Shown here one piece after another: positions 39,624-51,477 of a DNA stretch of 64,000 nucleotides; the stretch's first letter is position 1, and each line of letters begins with the position of its first letter. The position numbers and the translations under genes are program-made. Source of the stretch: a candidate division FCPU426 bacterium (GTDB lineage Bacteria; Oederibacteriota; Muellerivitia; Muellerivitales; Muellerivitaceae); contig CAWCKJ010000010.1 of the NCBI GenBank assembly GCA_963796105.1, positions 110,653-174,652 on the forward strand. The letters run 5' to 3'. Under the pieces are notes generated by a model that was not told where the DNA came from, searched no databases, and was given only the letters and a program-made list of their open reading frames with translations.

Positions 39624-40643
39624 ATGATTGAAAAAAAGTCCGCCTCGACCCAAGTGGATATGGAAATCCTTTTATCCCTGATCAAGGAATTCCCGAAACG
39701 CAAAGTAGTTGTCATTGGGGACGTGATGCTGGACGTTTACATAAAAGGCGCGGTGGCCCGCATTTCCCCGGAAGCCCCGATTCCTGTGGTGGAAATCAAC
39801 GCGAAAGACCAAAAAATGCCGGGCGGGGCCGCCAACGTGGCCGCTAACATCACGGCCTTGGGTGGGCAATCTGGAATCATTGGGGCGGTTGGGAAGGATA
39901 ACGCCGGCCGGGAACTGATGCATGAGCTAAGGTTACGAAAGGTGGGAACGAAAGGCCTTATGGCCCTTTCGGACCGGCCGACGACAGAGAAAACCAGGGT
40001 CATCGCCAACACCCAGCAGGTCGTTAGGATCGACCGTGAAGTGAAGTCGGTTCTCAGCCCGAAACAACAGGACCAAGTCATTCAAAAAGCCATCCAAGCC
40101 GTGCGGAACGCGGACGGCGTCATTTTCGAGGATTACAACAAGGGGCTCTTGTCAGCCAGGGTCATCCGGAAAATCGTCTCATTCGCGAGGGCCCACAAGA
40201 AAATCATCACCGTGGACCCGAAGTTCCATAATTTCTTCGAGTTCCAGGGAGTCGCGGTCATGAAACCTAACATGAAGGAAGTCATGGAGGCTTTGGGTTC
40301 CGAAGCCCAGGGGGAAAGTTATGAGACCATCGGTTTCAAGGTCATGAAACGCCTGAACTGCCAGTCGGTGGTCTTGACCCGGAGCGAACAGGGGATGACC
40401 CTCTTCGAGAAGGGCCAACCCATCCGCACCATTCCTACGGTAGCCCGCGAGGTTTATGACGTCTCGGGCGCCGGCGACACGGTTATCGCCACATTGACCC
40501 TGGCCCTGACGGCCGGAGCCAACCTGATTCAGGCCGCGACTCTCGCTAATTACGCGGCAGGGATCGAGGTGGGCAAGCTGGGTGTGGCCACGGTTTCCGC
40601 CGAGGAGCTCAACCAGCGTATCCGCGAGGATATGGACCGTTGA
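39624..40643 (+). CDS. Heptose-7-phosphate kinase (HldA/RfaE domain I), paralog 2
   Basis: GDVMLD..RISPEAPIPV, GGAANVA, DYNKG, DVSGAGDT. Confidence 0.92.
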   Translation: MIEKKSASTQVDMEILLSLIKEFPKRKVVVIGDVMLDVYIKGAVARISPEAPIPVVEINAKDQKMPGGAANVAANITALGGQSGIIGAVGKDNAGRELMHELRLRKVGTKGLMALSDRPTTEKTRVIANTQQVVRIDREVKSVLSPKQQDQVIQKAIQAVRNADGVIFEDYNKGLLSARVIRKIVSFARAHKKIITVDPKFHNFFEFQGVAVMKPNMKEVMEALGSEAQGESYETIGFKVMKRLNCQSVVLTRSEQGMTLFEKGQPIRTIPTVAREVYDVSGAGDTVIATLTLALTAGANLIQAATLANYAAGIEVGKLGVATVSAEELNQRIREDMDR

Positions 40644-40718
40644 CCGCCGGAGAAATCAACAATTGTTAATTACAATGAAAAATAGTTGTTCATTCGAGAC
40701 TTGGATTATTAAAAAGTA

Positions 40719-41855
40719 ATGCTCACTCATCCTCTCTTCTGGATTTACCTGTTTATCCAATTGCGGATATTCCTGCATCTGACGAATTCCGTCAGTTTCC
40801 ATCCCCGCTGGAGAATCAACGAAACTTCCTGGACCCTTTTTTGGACCATCCTGTTCCTATCCTCCCAAACCCTCCTGAGTTTTTATTTGATGAGGGAGTG
40901 GGATTTTGCCTTTTGGGAATGGCCGATTCTTTCCGGGCCCTGCAAGCTTTTCAGCGCTGGCGTTTATGGCTGGGGTGGATACTTATGGTTGAATCATCCT
41001 TACTGGGTGATTTTCAAGAAGAAAAAGCCCTTGTACAAGCTCTTGTCCCGCAAGAAAGTCCAAGTGCCCGCGAAGTTCAAGGCACCCTTTGGTTTTCTCA
41101 AGTCCATTGGTTTGGAAAACCAGATATACCAACCGGAGATCTTGGAATATGAGGTGGGGCTTCCAGGATGGCCTGAGGCGTTTTCGGGCCTGTCCATCGT
41201 CCAGATCTCCGATGTCCATTACGGGAAATACGTCCCATTGAGTTACTTGAAAATCGTGTTTGAGGCCGCGAAAAAGCTGAAACCCGACCTTTACGCTTTC
41301 ACGGGGGATTATATTTCATTTGAAAAGGACATTCGGGCCCTGAAGGGATTATTCAAGGGATTCAAGGCTCCATTGGGGGTTTACTCCCTCCTGGGAAACC
41401 ACGACCATTGGGCCGACGCTCCCGCCGTTCAAAAAATACTCGAGGCGGACGGGGTCCGGGTCCTGCGCAACGATGTCGTTTATTTGAAGAGAAAGAACAA
41501 AACCCTGGCCCTGATGGCGGTGGATGATTTTTGGGTGGGGGACCGGGATGACCGTCCTGTTCTATCGGCCAAAGGAGATGCCAAGATCCTGCTGGCGCAC
41601 CAGCCAGCCCATCTTTACTTGGCCAAGCGCCTCGGGGCCCACCTGCAGATTTCGGGACATTGCCACGGCGGCCAGATCTGTTTTCCCATCCTGGGCCCAG
41701 TGATCATTCCCTCGGTCGAAGGACGAAAATACGCCGGAGGATTCGTGAGGGAGGAAAATACCACCCTCTTTATCCATCGCGGCATCGGTGGATATCCCCC
41801 CCTGCGAACCCTTTGCCCTCCGGAAATTGTAAAACTCATCTTGAGGCCCGCCTGA
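40719..41855 (+). CDS. Membrane-anchored metallophosphoesterase (YkuE-like)
   Basis: SDVH, TGD, GNHD, LAHQP, SGHCHGGQI. Confidence 0.9.
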   Translation: MLTHPLFWIYLFIQLRIFLHLTNSVSFHPRWRINETSWTLFWTILFLSSQTLLSFYLMREWDFAFWEWPILSGPCKLFSAGVYGWGGYLWLNHPYWVIFKKKKPLYKLLSRKKVQVPAKFKAPFGFLKSIGLENQIYQPEILEYEVGLPGWPEAFSGLSIVQISDVHYGKYVPLSYLKIVFEAAKKLKPDLYAFTGDYISFEKDIRALKGLFKGFKAPLGVYSLLGNHDHWADAPAVQKILEADGVRVLRNDVVYLKRKNKTLALMAVDDFWVGDRDDRPVLSAKGDAKILLAHQPAHLYLAKRLGAHLQISGHCHGGQICFPILGPVIIPSVEGRKYAGGFVREENTTLFIHRGIGGYPPLRTLCPPEIVKLILRPA

Positions 41856-41918
41856 AAACACCCTGAAAATTTTTTTAATTTCCTATTTTGAGTTTTTTAA
41901 TTCGGTTGAAAGTTCCGG

Positions 41919-41947
41919 TTGCTACTTCACAAGTCTTTCCCTATAAT
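41919..41947 (+). promoter_or_regulatory. Putative sigma70 promoter
   Basis: TTGCTA-17 bp-TATAAT. Confidence 0.65.
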
Positions 41948-41975
41948 CAAATATCCCAAGTGAAGTTGAGATGAA

Positions 41976-42458
41976 TTGGATCATTTTTTAGAGCCTTCCC
42001 AATTAGCGCCCGTCCTTAAAAACCTTCAAAATCAAGGTCAAAAAGTAGTCTTCACCAACGGTGTTTTCGATCTTCTGCATTTGGGCCATGTCACCTATCT
42101 CCAGGAGGCCCGGAAACAGGGCGACTTGCTGGTGGTGGGGCTCAATTCCGACACTTCAGTCAAGCGCATCAAAGGCCCTTTAAAACCCCTCCTGCCGTTG
42201 GAAGAACGCGCTGAAATGCTCTTGGCCCTCTCCTGTGTGGATTACACCACATTCTTTGAGGAGGACAATCCCTTCAATGTCATCCAAATCCTCCAGCCCG
42301 ACGTGCTGGTCAAGGGGGGGGATTGGGCCATCGACAAGATCATCGGAGGGGATTTAGTGCAAGCCAGGGGCGGGAAAGTCATGAACATACCAGTGGTGGA
42401 AGGTCGTTCAACGACTAATCTAATAGAAATGGTGGTTAAAAGATTTGGAAAGAAGTAA
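41976..42458 (+). CDS. Heptose-1-phosphate nucleotidyltransferase (HldC/RfaE domain II), paralog 2
   Basis: TNGVFDLLHLGH, VKGGDW, EGRSTT. Confidence 0.93.
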   Translation: MDHFLEPSQLAPVLKNLQNQGQKVVFTNGVFDLLHLGHVTYLQEARKQGDLLVVGLNSDTSVKRIKGPLKPLLPLEERAEMLLALSCVDYTTFFEEDNPFNVIQILQPDVLVKGGDWAIDKIIGGDLVQARGGKVMNIPVVEGRSTTNLIEMVVKRFGKK

Positions 42459-42570
42459 TTATAAATTTTGAGTTTTAAATTCTAAATTTAAGAAATTTTT
42501 CAACCCGGATTAGGGGTTGAAAAATAACGTTCATTTAAAATTAAAAATTCAACATTCAGAATTTTGAAAC
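42459..42570. repeat. AT-rich ~7-mer tandem repeats in inverted arrangement
   Basis: AAATTTTGAGTTTTAAATTCTAAATT ... TTTAAAATTAAAAATTCAACATTCAGAATT; similar near 45845, 48140, 50690, 51370. Confidence 0.65.
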
Positions 42571-42588
42571 CGAGGACAAAAGGGAAAT

Positions 42589-43332
42589 ATGGGTAAAAAA
42601 ATAATAAGAATCGTGGGTGTCATTCCATCCCGCTTTGGGGCCCAGCGTTTCCCTGGAAAGCCATTGGTCTTGATCGTGGGTATTCCCATGATCGTGAGAG
42701 TCATTCAGCAAGCTCAAAAGGCCAAGCGATTGGACGCTGTTTGGGTGGCTACGGACGACCATCGCATTGCCGATGTAGTGGAAAAGACGGGAGCAAAGGC
42801 GGTCATGACGCCTTCCAGCCTTAAATCCGGGACGGACCGCATCGCTTGGGCGGTTCGGGGCTTGAAATTGGATATCGTGGTGAACATCCAGGGGGATGAG
42901 CCGGTCATGGCTCCCGGGGCCATTGACGCGGCGGTGGAAGTGCTAAGGAAAGAACCGAAAGTGCTCATGTCGACTGTCGTGATTCCCCTTTCGAATAAGA
43001 GGGAATGGGTTGATCCCAATGTGGTGAAGGCTGTTTTGAGACCCAATGGAGATGTGCTTTATTTTTCCCGTGCTCCTATTCCCCATCCCCGCGAGGGAGG
43101 GATGCCGAAAGCTTACAAGCATATGGGCCTTTACGGGTACCGCCTTCCCTGGCTGTTGAAAATGGCGGGATTGAAGCCCACCCCCTTGGAATTGACCGAG
43201 AAGCTGGAGCAATTGCGGGCCATGGAAAACGGGGTCGTCATCCGGGCCGCCGTGAGAAAGGTGGAATCCATCGCGGTGGACGTACCGGCTGACGTGAAAA
43301 AGGTGGAGGCGTTCTTAAAAAAGAAACTATGA
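42589..43332 (+). CDS. kdsB: CMP-Kdo synthetase
   Basis: RFPGKPL, SGTDR, NIQGDEP, YFSRAPIP, EKLEQLR. Confidence 0.97.
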   Translation: MGKKIIRIVGVIPSRFGAQRFPGKPLVLIVGIPMIVRVIQQAQKAKRLDAVWVATDDHRIADVVEKTGAKAVMTPSSLKSGTDRIAWAVRGLKLDIVVNIQGDEPVMAPGAIDAAVEVLRKEPKVLMSTVVIPLSNKREWVDPNVVKAVLRPNGDVLYFSRAPIPHPREGGMPKAYKHMGLYGYRLPWLLKMAGLKPTPLELTEKLEQLRAMENGVVIRAAVRKVESIAVDVPADVKKVEAFLKKKL

Positions 43333-43347
43333 AAACTCAATTTTTAA

Positions 43348-45027
<1,680 letters not shown>

Positions 45028-45038
45028 AAGGATTTTGA

Positions 45039-45845
45039 ATGATGGACGTCACCCAACTGGGGAAAAAAGGAAAATTCTTCGTGATCGCGGGGCCCTGCGT
45101 GATCGAGGGCGAAAACTTCGCGCTCGAGACCGCGAAGACCATTAAATCCATCACTGGAAAACTCGGGATTCAATTGGTGTTCAAAGCCTCCTACGACAAG
45201 GCCAATCGGAGTTCAGGAGACAGCTTCAGGGGTCCTGGTTTGATGGAAGGACTGGATATCCTAGCCAGGGTGAAAAAGGTCCTAGGGATTCCCATCCTTG
45301 TGGATGTCCATGAGGTCTCGGAGGTGGGACCGGCTTCCCGGGTGGCGGATGTGCTCCAAATACCAGCGTTTCTTTCCCGCCAGACGAGCCTTCTCCTGGA
45401 GGCGGGACGCCTGGGAAAAGTTGTGAACGTCAAGAAAGGCCAGTTTATGGCCCCCCTTGAGATGACGAACGTCGTGAAAAAATTACACGGTACGGGACAG
45501 AAGAACATCTGGCTGACCGAGCGAGGAACCTCCTTCGGATACAACAACCTGGTGGTGGATTTTCGGGGAATACCAGAAATGAGAAAAACCGGATGCCCGG
45601 TCATCTTTGACGGAACCCATAGCGTCCAGCAACCTGCCGCCAAGGGCACATCCTCCGGCGGTACCCGGGAGCATGTGCCTATGCTGACGCGCGCGGCCGT
45701 GGCCGCCGGAGTGGACGGCCTATTCCTGGAAGTTCATCCCAACCCGCCCAAGGCCAAGTCCGACGCAGCTACCCAAATCACATTCGAGACATTCCGCCGG
45801 ATTCTGAAAGACGCTCTCGCCATCCGTAAAACGCTTCGTGTTTAA
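45039..45845 (+). CDS. kdsA: Kdo-8-phosphate synthase
   Basis: AGPCVIE, KASYDKANRSS, ERGTSFGY, DGTHSVQ. Confidence 0.98.
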   Translation: MMDVTQLGKKGKFFVIAGPCVIEGENFALETAKTIKSITGKLGIQLVFKASYDKANRSSGDSFRGPGLMEGLDILARVKKVLGIPILVDVHEVSEVGPASRVADVLQIPAFLSRQTSLLLEAGRLGKVVNVKKGQFMAPLEMTNVVKKLHGTGQKNIWLTERGTSFGYNNLVVDFRGIPEMRKTGCPVIFDGTHSVQQPAAKGTSSGGTREHVPMLTRAAVAAGVDGLFLEVHPNPPKAKSDAATQITFETFRRILKDALAIRKTLRV

Positions 45846-45887
45846 TTTAAAATTTAGCATTCAAAATTCATAATTCCCGGAGGGTTC

Positions 45888-46295
45888 GTGCCTTACCAAA
45901 TCTACAGCGATGGCGCTTCACGGGGAAATCCCGGACCGGCGGGCATTGGGGCGGTAATCTTCGATGACAAGGGGGAGACCATCCACGAAATCGCCGAATA
46001 TATCGGGGAAACCACAAACAACGTGGCGGAGTACGAAGCCCTGCTTGCGGCTCTTGATTATTGCGTGAAGAAAAAAATTTCACCCGTTGAAATCCTCGCC
46101 GACAGCCAGCTGCTTATTAAACAGCTCTCCGGCGAATACAGGGTCAAACACCCGAACATCGTTCCCTTGCACCAGAAAGCCAGAAGTTATCTCGCCCAAT
46201 TAAAGGTGGTTGGCTTCAAGCACGTCCCCCGCGAATTCAACAAGGCCGCGGACAAGCTGGCCAACCAGGGAATAGACGATCATTTTTCCAGCTGA
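45888..46295 (+). CDS. rnhA: Ribonuclease HI family protein
   Basis: SDGASRGNPGPAG, TNNVAEY, DSQL, HVPREFNKAAD. Confidence 0.93.
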   Translation: MPYQIYSDGASRGNPGPAGIGAVIFDDKGETIHEIAEYIGETTNNVAEYEALLAALDYCVKKKISPVEILADSQLLIKQLSGEYRVKHPNIVPLHQKARSYLAQLKVVGFKHVPREFNKAADKLANQGIDDHFSS

Positions 46296-46368
46296 AATAG
46301 ATTGGAAACCTTCGATTTGCTGATTTCCCGCGCTGGATTTTGCCCCTTTTTGGCTTTATCATTCACCT

Positions 46369-46746
46369 GGAAGCAGGCCGTGACCGCGCTCCAGGCTCAT
46401 TGGGCCTGGGTGTGAGGAAAGTCCGAACTCCGCAGGACAAGATGCTGGGTAACGCCCAGTCGCCACGACAATGGTGAAGGAAAGTGCCACAGAAAATAAA
46501 CCGCCTTCCGCAAGGGAGGTAAGGGTGAAATGGTGGGGTAAGAGCCCACCGCGTTTCCAGCGATGGAAACGGCATGGCAAACCCCATCCGGAGCAAGACC
46601 AAATAGGGAGGCTTTGGGGCTGTCCGTCCCATCCTTTTCCAATCCGGAAAGGGAGGCCTTCGGGTACGGTCGCAAAGACGGGGCCGGTAACGGTATCCGC
46701 AAGAGAAATGGTCACATTCACAGAATTCGGCTTATGACCTGCTTCC
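46369..46746 (+). ncRNA. rnpB: RNase P RNA (type A)
   Basis: GAGGAAAGTCC, GGAAAGTGCCACAGAAA, GGTAAGAGC, ACAGAATTCGGCTTA; terminal helix GGAAGCAGG/CCTGCTTCC. Confidence 0.97.
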
Positions 46747-46806
46747 ATTTATATTCAACCCCGGAAACGGGGAACTTTTTAAAAAATGATTCACCAGGTT
46801 AGCGGA

Positions 46807-46835
46807 AGGCCGTCGATAGGACGGTCTTTTTATTT
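46807..46835 (+). terminator. Intrinsic terminator after rnpB
   Basis: GGCCGTC-GATAG-GACGGTC followed by TTTTTATTT. Confidence 0.75.
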
Positions 46836-46881
46836 AGCCCTTTTTCTCTCCGCGACCCCCAGGTGGAATATGGGGTAAAAA

Positions 46882-48141
46882 GTGCAAAAGATCCTCGTAA
46901 AAGGCGGCAAGACCCTCCAGGGAACGGTGGAAATCAGCGGGTCTAAAAACGCCACTTTGCCCGTCATGACCGCCGCCCTCCTGGGAAACAGCCCATCGAC
47001 CATTCGTAACGTTCCTTACCTGAACGATATCAAGACCATGGCTCAAGTGTTGAGGACCCTCGGGCCCAAGGTCGAGTTGGAGGACCATCAGCTTCACATC
47101 GACCCAGCGAGTTTCAACCGCTTTGAGGCTCCCTATGAGTTGGTCAAGACCATGCGCGCCTCCATTTACTCCTTGGGTGCGTGCCTGGCCCGCCTGGGCG
47201 AGGCCAAGGTTTCGCTTCCCGGAGGCTGTGCCATCGGCGCCAGACCCATCGACCTGCATTTGAAAGGTGTCGAGCAGTTGGGCGCCGAGGTTTCCATCGA
47301 GCATGGTTTTGTCCATGCCAAAGCTTTGAAACTGAGGGGAACCACCCTTCATTTGGCAGGGCCCCACGGTCCCAGTGTGGGAGCGACAGTCAACGTCCTT
47401 ATGGCCGCCACGGCGGCCGAGGGGACAACGGTTATCGAATCAGCCTCCTCTGAGCCGGAAGTCACGGACCTGGTCGATTTTTTAAACGCCATGGGAGCTG
47501 GAATCGAGGGAAGGGGAACCTCCCGCCTGGTCATTCCCGGGAAAAGAACACTGAGGGGAGTCGAGTATTCGGTGATCCCGGACCGGGTGGAAGCCGGGAC
47601 TTTCATGGCCGCGGCCGCCATCACCAGGGGAAACGTGCTGATGAAGGACTGCAAACCCGAACACTTGGGGGCCGTGATAGACCGTTTGAGGCATATCGGT
47701 ATAACTGTTGATGAGGAAAAGGATGGACTCAGGGTGAGGGGCAATGGGAATTACAAGCCCGCCAACGTGATGGTCTTGCCCTATCCTGGCTTTCCAACGG
47801 ACATGCAGGCGCAGATGATGGCTTTGCTTTGTATGGTGAACGGGGCGAGCCTTATCACCGAAACCATCTGGGAGAACAGGTTCATGCACGTCTTCGAGTT
47901 GAACCGCATGGGGGCGGACATCACTATCGACCGGAGCCACGCGATGGTGAGAGGGGTGGGTAAGCTGACCGGCGCGCCGGTCATGGCCTCGGACCTCAGG
48001 GCGAGCGCGGCATTGATACTGGCGGGGCTGGTGGCCGAGGGCGAAACCATGGTCCAGCGCATTTACCACTTGGACCGGGGATATGAGAGAATCGAGCAGA
48101 AACTTTCCGCGCTTGGGGCGGACGTGAAAAGAATCAATTAA
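46882..48141 (+). CDS. murA: UDP-GlcNAc enolpyruvyl transferase
   Basis: SGSKNA, LPGGCAIGARP, SVGAT, GFPTDMQ, DLRASA. Confidence 0.98.
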   Translation: MQKILVKGGKTLQGTVEISGSKNATLPVMTAALLGNSPSTIRNVPYLNDIKTMAQVLRTLGPKVELEDHQLHIDPASFNRFEAPYELVKTMRASIYSLGACLARLGEAKVSLPGGCAIGARPIDLHLKGVEQLGAEVSIEHGFVHAKALKLRGTTLHLAGPHGPSVGATVNVLMAATAAEGTTVIESASSEPEVTDLVDFLNAMGAGIEGRGTSRLVIPGKRTLRGVEYSVIPDRVEAGTFMAAAAITRGNVLMKDCKPEHLGAVIDRLRHIGITVDEEKDGLRVRGNGNYKPANVMVLPYPGFPTDMQAQMMALLCMVNGASLITETIWENRFMHVFELNRMGADITIDRSHAMVRGVGKLTGAPVMASDLRASAALILAGLVAEGETMVQRIYHLDRGYERIEQKLSALGADVKRIN

Positions 48142-48239
48142 TAATTAAAAATGAAGAATGTACAATGGAGTGAAATTCCCGTGCGAATATTACATTCATT
48201 TTGCATTTTTCATTCTAAATTGAGTTTTTGAGGAGCCGA

Positions 48240-49601
48240 ATGCGCATACTCGACTATAACAAATCAAAAGACCGAATCTTGATCGAACGGTTGTTGAGAA
48301 GGGAACCCTTACTCAAACTCAAGGGGGCTGGAAGCCGGTCGGCCTTGACACGCAAGGTTTTCGGCAAGGATTTGACTCCCGAACAAGCGGTAGAGCGCAT
48401 TGTGGAAGACGTGCGGCGAAAAGGCGATTCCGCCCTTTTCGCTTATTGCCGAAAATTCGACGGTTTTACCGCCACAGCGAAGAATATCCGTGTCATGGCT
48501 GGTGAAATCAAGCAAGCCTTGAAATCCCTGGCCCCGGCTGTGAAGACCGCCATCCAGGTGACCATTAAAAATGTTAGGGCTTTTCATTCCAAGGAAAAAC
48601 CCGCCGATTGGTATCACGACAGCCCTGGAATGGGATTGGGACAGCGCTGGACCCCCCTGGACCGGGCTGGGCTCTATGTGCCCGGGGGGCTGGCATCTTA
48701 TCCCTCGTCCGTCATCATGAACGTCATTCCCGCGAAGGTGGCGGGTGTCAAACAAATCGTCCTGGTCACCCCCGTCAAGAAAGACGGCAAGGTTAACTCG
48801 GCTGTTTTAGCGGCGGCACACCTGTCAGGGGCGGACACTATCCTCAAGATTGGCGGGGCTCAAGCGGTAGCGGCCCTGGCTTATGGCACTCAGTCGGTTC
48901 CCGCGATGGACAAGATCAGCGGACCCAGCAACCTTTTTGTGGCCCTGGCCAAGCGGAAAGTGTTCGGGCAGGTCGGGATAGACGGCTTTCCCGGACCCAG
49001 CGAGGTTTTGATCCTGGCAGACGGCACGGTGAATGCCGCCTGGGCTGCGGCTGATCTTTTGGCCCAGGCCGAGCACGATGAAATGGCCATGCCCCTCCTG
49101 GCCACTTTCAACCGCGATTACGCAAACGAAACGGTTTTGGAAGTGGAAGAGCAGCTGCAAATCCTGAAACGCGAAAATATCGCGGCTGATTCCTTGAAAA
49201 GCCGGGGCGCGGTTATCCTTGTCAAGAATCGGAAGCAGGCGCAGGAATTCGCCGATCGTTTCGCGCCGGAGCACTTGGAAATCCTGGCAAAAGACGCAAA
49301 ATCCTGGCTCTCAGGATTGCGGCACGCGGGCGCCATTTTCATTGGCCCCTACAGCGCGGAAGCTTTTGGGGACTATACCTCAGGCGCCAACCATGTCCTG
49401 CCAACCGGCGGAACCTCCCGCTATTCCTCAGGACTTTCGGTTTATGACTTCCTCAAGCGAACCAATCTACTTGAGATGAAAAAAGCGGGTGTTCAAGCCA
49501 TGGGTAAGGCCACTGTGGATTTCGCTGAAGAGGAAGGCCTGGGCGGCCACGCCCAGAGCGTGCGGTTTCGGATGGGTAAATCCGCAACCCCGAAACATTA
49601 A
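48240..49601 (+). CDS. hisD: Histidinol dehydrogenase
   Basis: GLYVPGG, GGAQAVAALAYG, GPSE, AQAEHD, APEHL, NHVLPT. Confidence 0.97.
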   Translation: MRILDYNKSKDRILIERLLRREPLLKLKGAGSRSALTRKVFGKDLTPEQAVERIVEDVRRKGDSALFAYCRKFDGFTATAKNIRVMAGEIKQALKSLAPAVKTAIQVTIKNVRAFHSKEKPADWYHDSPGMGLGQRWTPLDRAGLYVPGGLASYPSSVIMNVIPAKVAGVKQIVLVTPVKKDGKVNSAVLAAAHLSGADTILKIGGAQAVAALAYGTQSVPAMDKISGPSNLFVALAKRKVFGQVGIDGFPGPSEVLILADGTVNAAWAAADLLAQAEHDEMAMPLLATFNRDYANETVLEVEEQLQILKRENIAADSLKSRGAVILVKNRKQAQEFADRFAPEHLEILAKDAKSWLSGLRHAGAIFIGPYSAEAFGDYTSGANHVLPTGGTSRYSSGLSVYDFLKRTNLLEMKKAGVQAMGKATVDFAEEEGLGGHAQSVRFRMGKSATPKH

Positions 49602-49619
49602 AAGTAAACCGAGAATTCC

Positions 49620-50702
49620 ATGAACTCATCCATTCGATTGAAACAATGGTTCCGTCCTGCTGTGTTAGGAATGAAAGGTTACAACCCAGGAGAACAGCCG
49701 ACGGACTTTTCCACTGTCAAACTCAACACCAACGAAAATCCTTATCCTCCTTCAGCTGAGGTGCTAAAGGCGGTCAAGTCCCAAGCGGATTTCAGGCTTC
49801 GGCTTTATCCGGAACCCACCGCGGACACCCTGAGAAAAGCCCTTTCCAAGATCCACCGATGGCCCCTGGAGGGAATCTTGGTTGGGAACGGTTCTGATGA
49901 GATCCTGGCTCTCCTGTTTCGTACCGTGGTGGGCAAGGGGGACTGGGTCCAGTTTCCGGACCTGACCTACAGCCTTTATCCGGTCCTGGCTAAGATCAGT
50001 GAAGCGAAGATCAAGGAGGTCCGATTGGATGACTCCTTCGACCTCCCCTTCGAAAATTTCTCAAAAAGGGCGAAATTGACTCTTTGGGGCCACCCTAATC
50101 CCCCGGTGGGGAATTGTTTTGATTTCAAAAAAGCCGCTTCCTTTTGCGGTAAGGCTGATGGTTTGGTTTTAATCGATGAAGCCTATGTGGATTTCTCGGA
50201 TCGGGATTGCTTATCCATCGCCCGGAATCATCCTAACGTAATCATCCTCCGAACCATGTCCAAATCCTTCTCCTTGGCGGGTGTACGGTTAGGCTACGCG
50301 TTGGGCCATCCGGCGGTGATACGACAAATCATGAAGGTTAAGGATTCATATAACGTCAATCGATTGAGCCAGGCCATTGCCCTAGCGGCTGTCAGCCCCG
50401 GGGGCCTGAGGGATATGCTGGGAAAAATTAAAAAAATAAAAATGGAAAGGGAAAGATTGGCTTTGGCCTTGGAAAAAATCGGTTTCATCGTTCCCGCGAG
50501 CCGGTCTAATTTTCTTTTGGCTTTTAGGCCAAGAAATGAGAGGGCCGAGGGCCTTTACAAAAATCTCAAAAAAAGAAGTATTTTGGTAAGATACTTCAAT
50601 CATCCCAGGCTCAAGGGCGCCTTGAGGATCACGGTGGGAACGCCGGAACAAAACAACCGGCTCTTAAAAAGCCTAAAAATAATTTTAAATACCAAGTTTT
50701 AA
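49620..50702 (+). CDS. hisC: Histidinol-phosphate aminotransferase
   Basis: KLNTNENPY, GNGSDE, DEAY, RTMSKSFSLAGVRLG. Confidence 0.96.
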   Translation: MNSSIRLKQWFRPAVLGMKGYNPGEQPTDFSTVKLNTNENPYPPSAEVLKAVKSQADFRLRLYPEPTADTLRKALSKIHRWPLEGILVGNGSDEILALLFRTVVGKGDWVQFPDLTYSLYPVLAKISEAKIKEVRLDDSFDLPFENFSKRAKLTLWGHPNPPVGNCFDFKKAASFCGKADGLVLIDEAYVDFSDRDCLSIARNHPNVIILRTMSKSFSLAGVRLGYALGHPAVIRQIMKVKDSYNVNRLSQAIALAAVSPGGLRDMLGKIKKIKMERERLALALEKIGFIVPASRSNFLLAFRPRNERAEGLYKNLKKRSILVRYFNHPRLKGALRITVGTPEQNNRLLKSLKIILNTKF

Positions 50703-50771
50703 ATTTTGAATCTAGGAAATTTTCAACTCGGACGCCGAGCTGAAAATACCATTTTTAGCCGCGAGGATGCC

Positions 50772-51365
50772 ATGAAAGCTCGAGTCGGAAAAATTCAAAG
50801 GAAGACCAAAGAAACGGCCATCGAGCTTGCCCTCAACCTGGATGGGACCGGCAAACCCCAAGTCAAGACTCCCGTGCCTTTTCTATCCCATATGCTGGAA
50901 GCTTTCTCCAAACACAGCGGTTTTGACCTCAAGGTAACAGCCAAAGGCGACACGCAGGTGGACGACCACCATACGGTGGAGGACATCGGCATTTGCCTGG
51001 GACAGGCGCTTGATCAGGCATTGGGAGACAAGGCGGGCATCACCCGATACGGGCATTTTGAGGTGCCCTTGGACGAGGCGCTGGTGCGCGCGGCTATCGA
51101 CCTGGGCGGACGCAGTTACTTGAACTTCTCGCTGGATCTGAACGTCAAGAAAAGGATTGGCGCTTTCGACACGGAGCTTGTGGAAGATTTCTTCAAGGCC
51201 GTCACCGACAATGGAAAATTCAACCTACACCTGGAGAAAATCCACGGCCGCAACTCCCACCATATAGTGGAGGCCGCGTTCAAAAGCTTCGCGAGGGCTT
51301 TGAAAATGGCCGCTTCTTTCGACGCCAAGGTGAAGGGTGTGCCCTCCACCAAGGGCAACCTTTAA
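50772..51365 (+). CDS. hisB: Imidazoleglycerol-phosphate dehydratase
   Basis: RKTKET, DDHHTVED, NSHHIVEA, PSTKG. Confidence 0.97.
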   Translation: MKARVGKIQRKTKETAIELALNLDGTGKPQVKTPVPFLSHMLEAFSKHSGFDLKVTAKGDTQVDDHHTVEDIGICLGQALDQALGDKAGITRYGHFEVPLDEALVRAAIDLGGRSYLNFSLDLNVKKRIGAFDTELVEDFFKAVTDNGKFNLHLEKIHGRNSHHIVEAAFKSFARALKMAASFDAKVKGVPSTKGNL

Positions 51366-51477
51366 TAAAGGCAATTTTAAATTCTCAATTTTGAATTTTA
51401 AATGATTGAGAGTTTCCAAATCCCGGAAACTTCCACAATTTAAAATTAGAATTAAAAATTTAAAACTCGGGGTTCTA

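Noticed and set aside
46359..46802. Short ORFs over rnpB
   Set aside because: Region is RNase P RNA.
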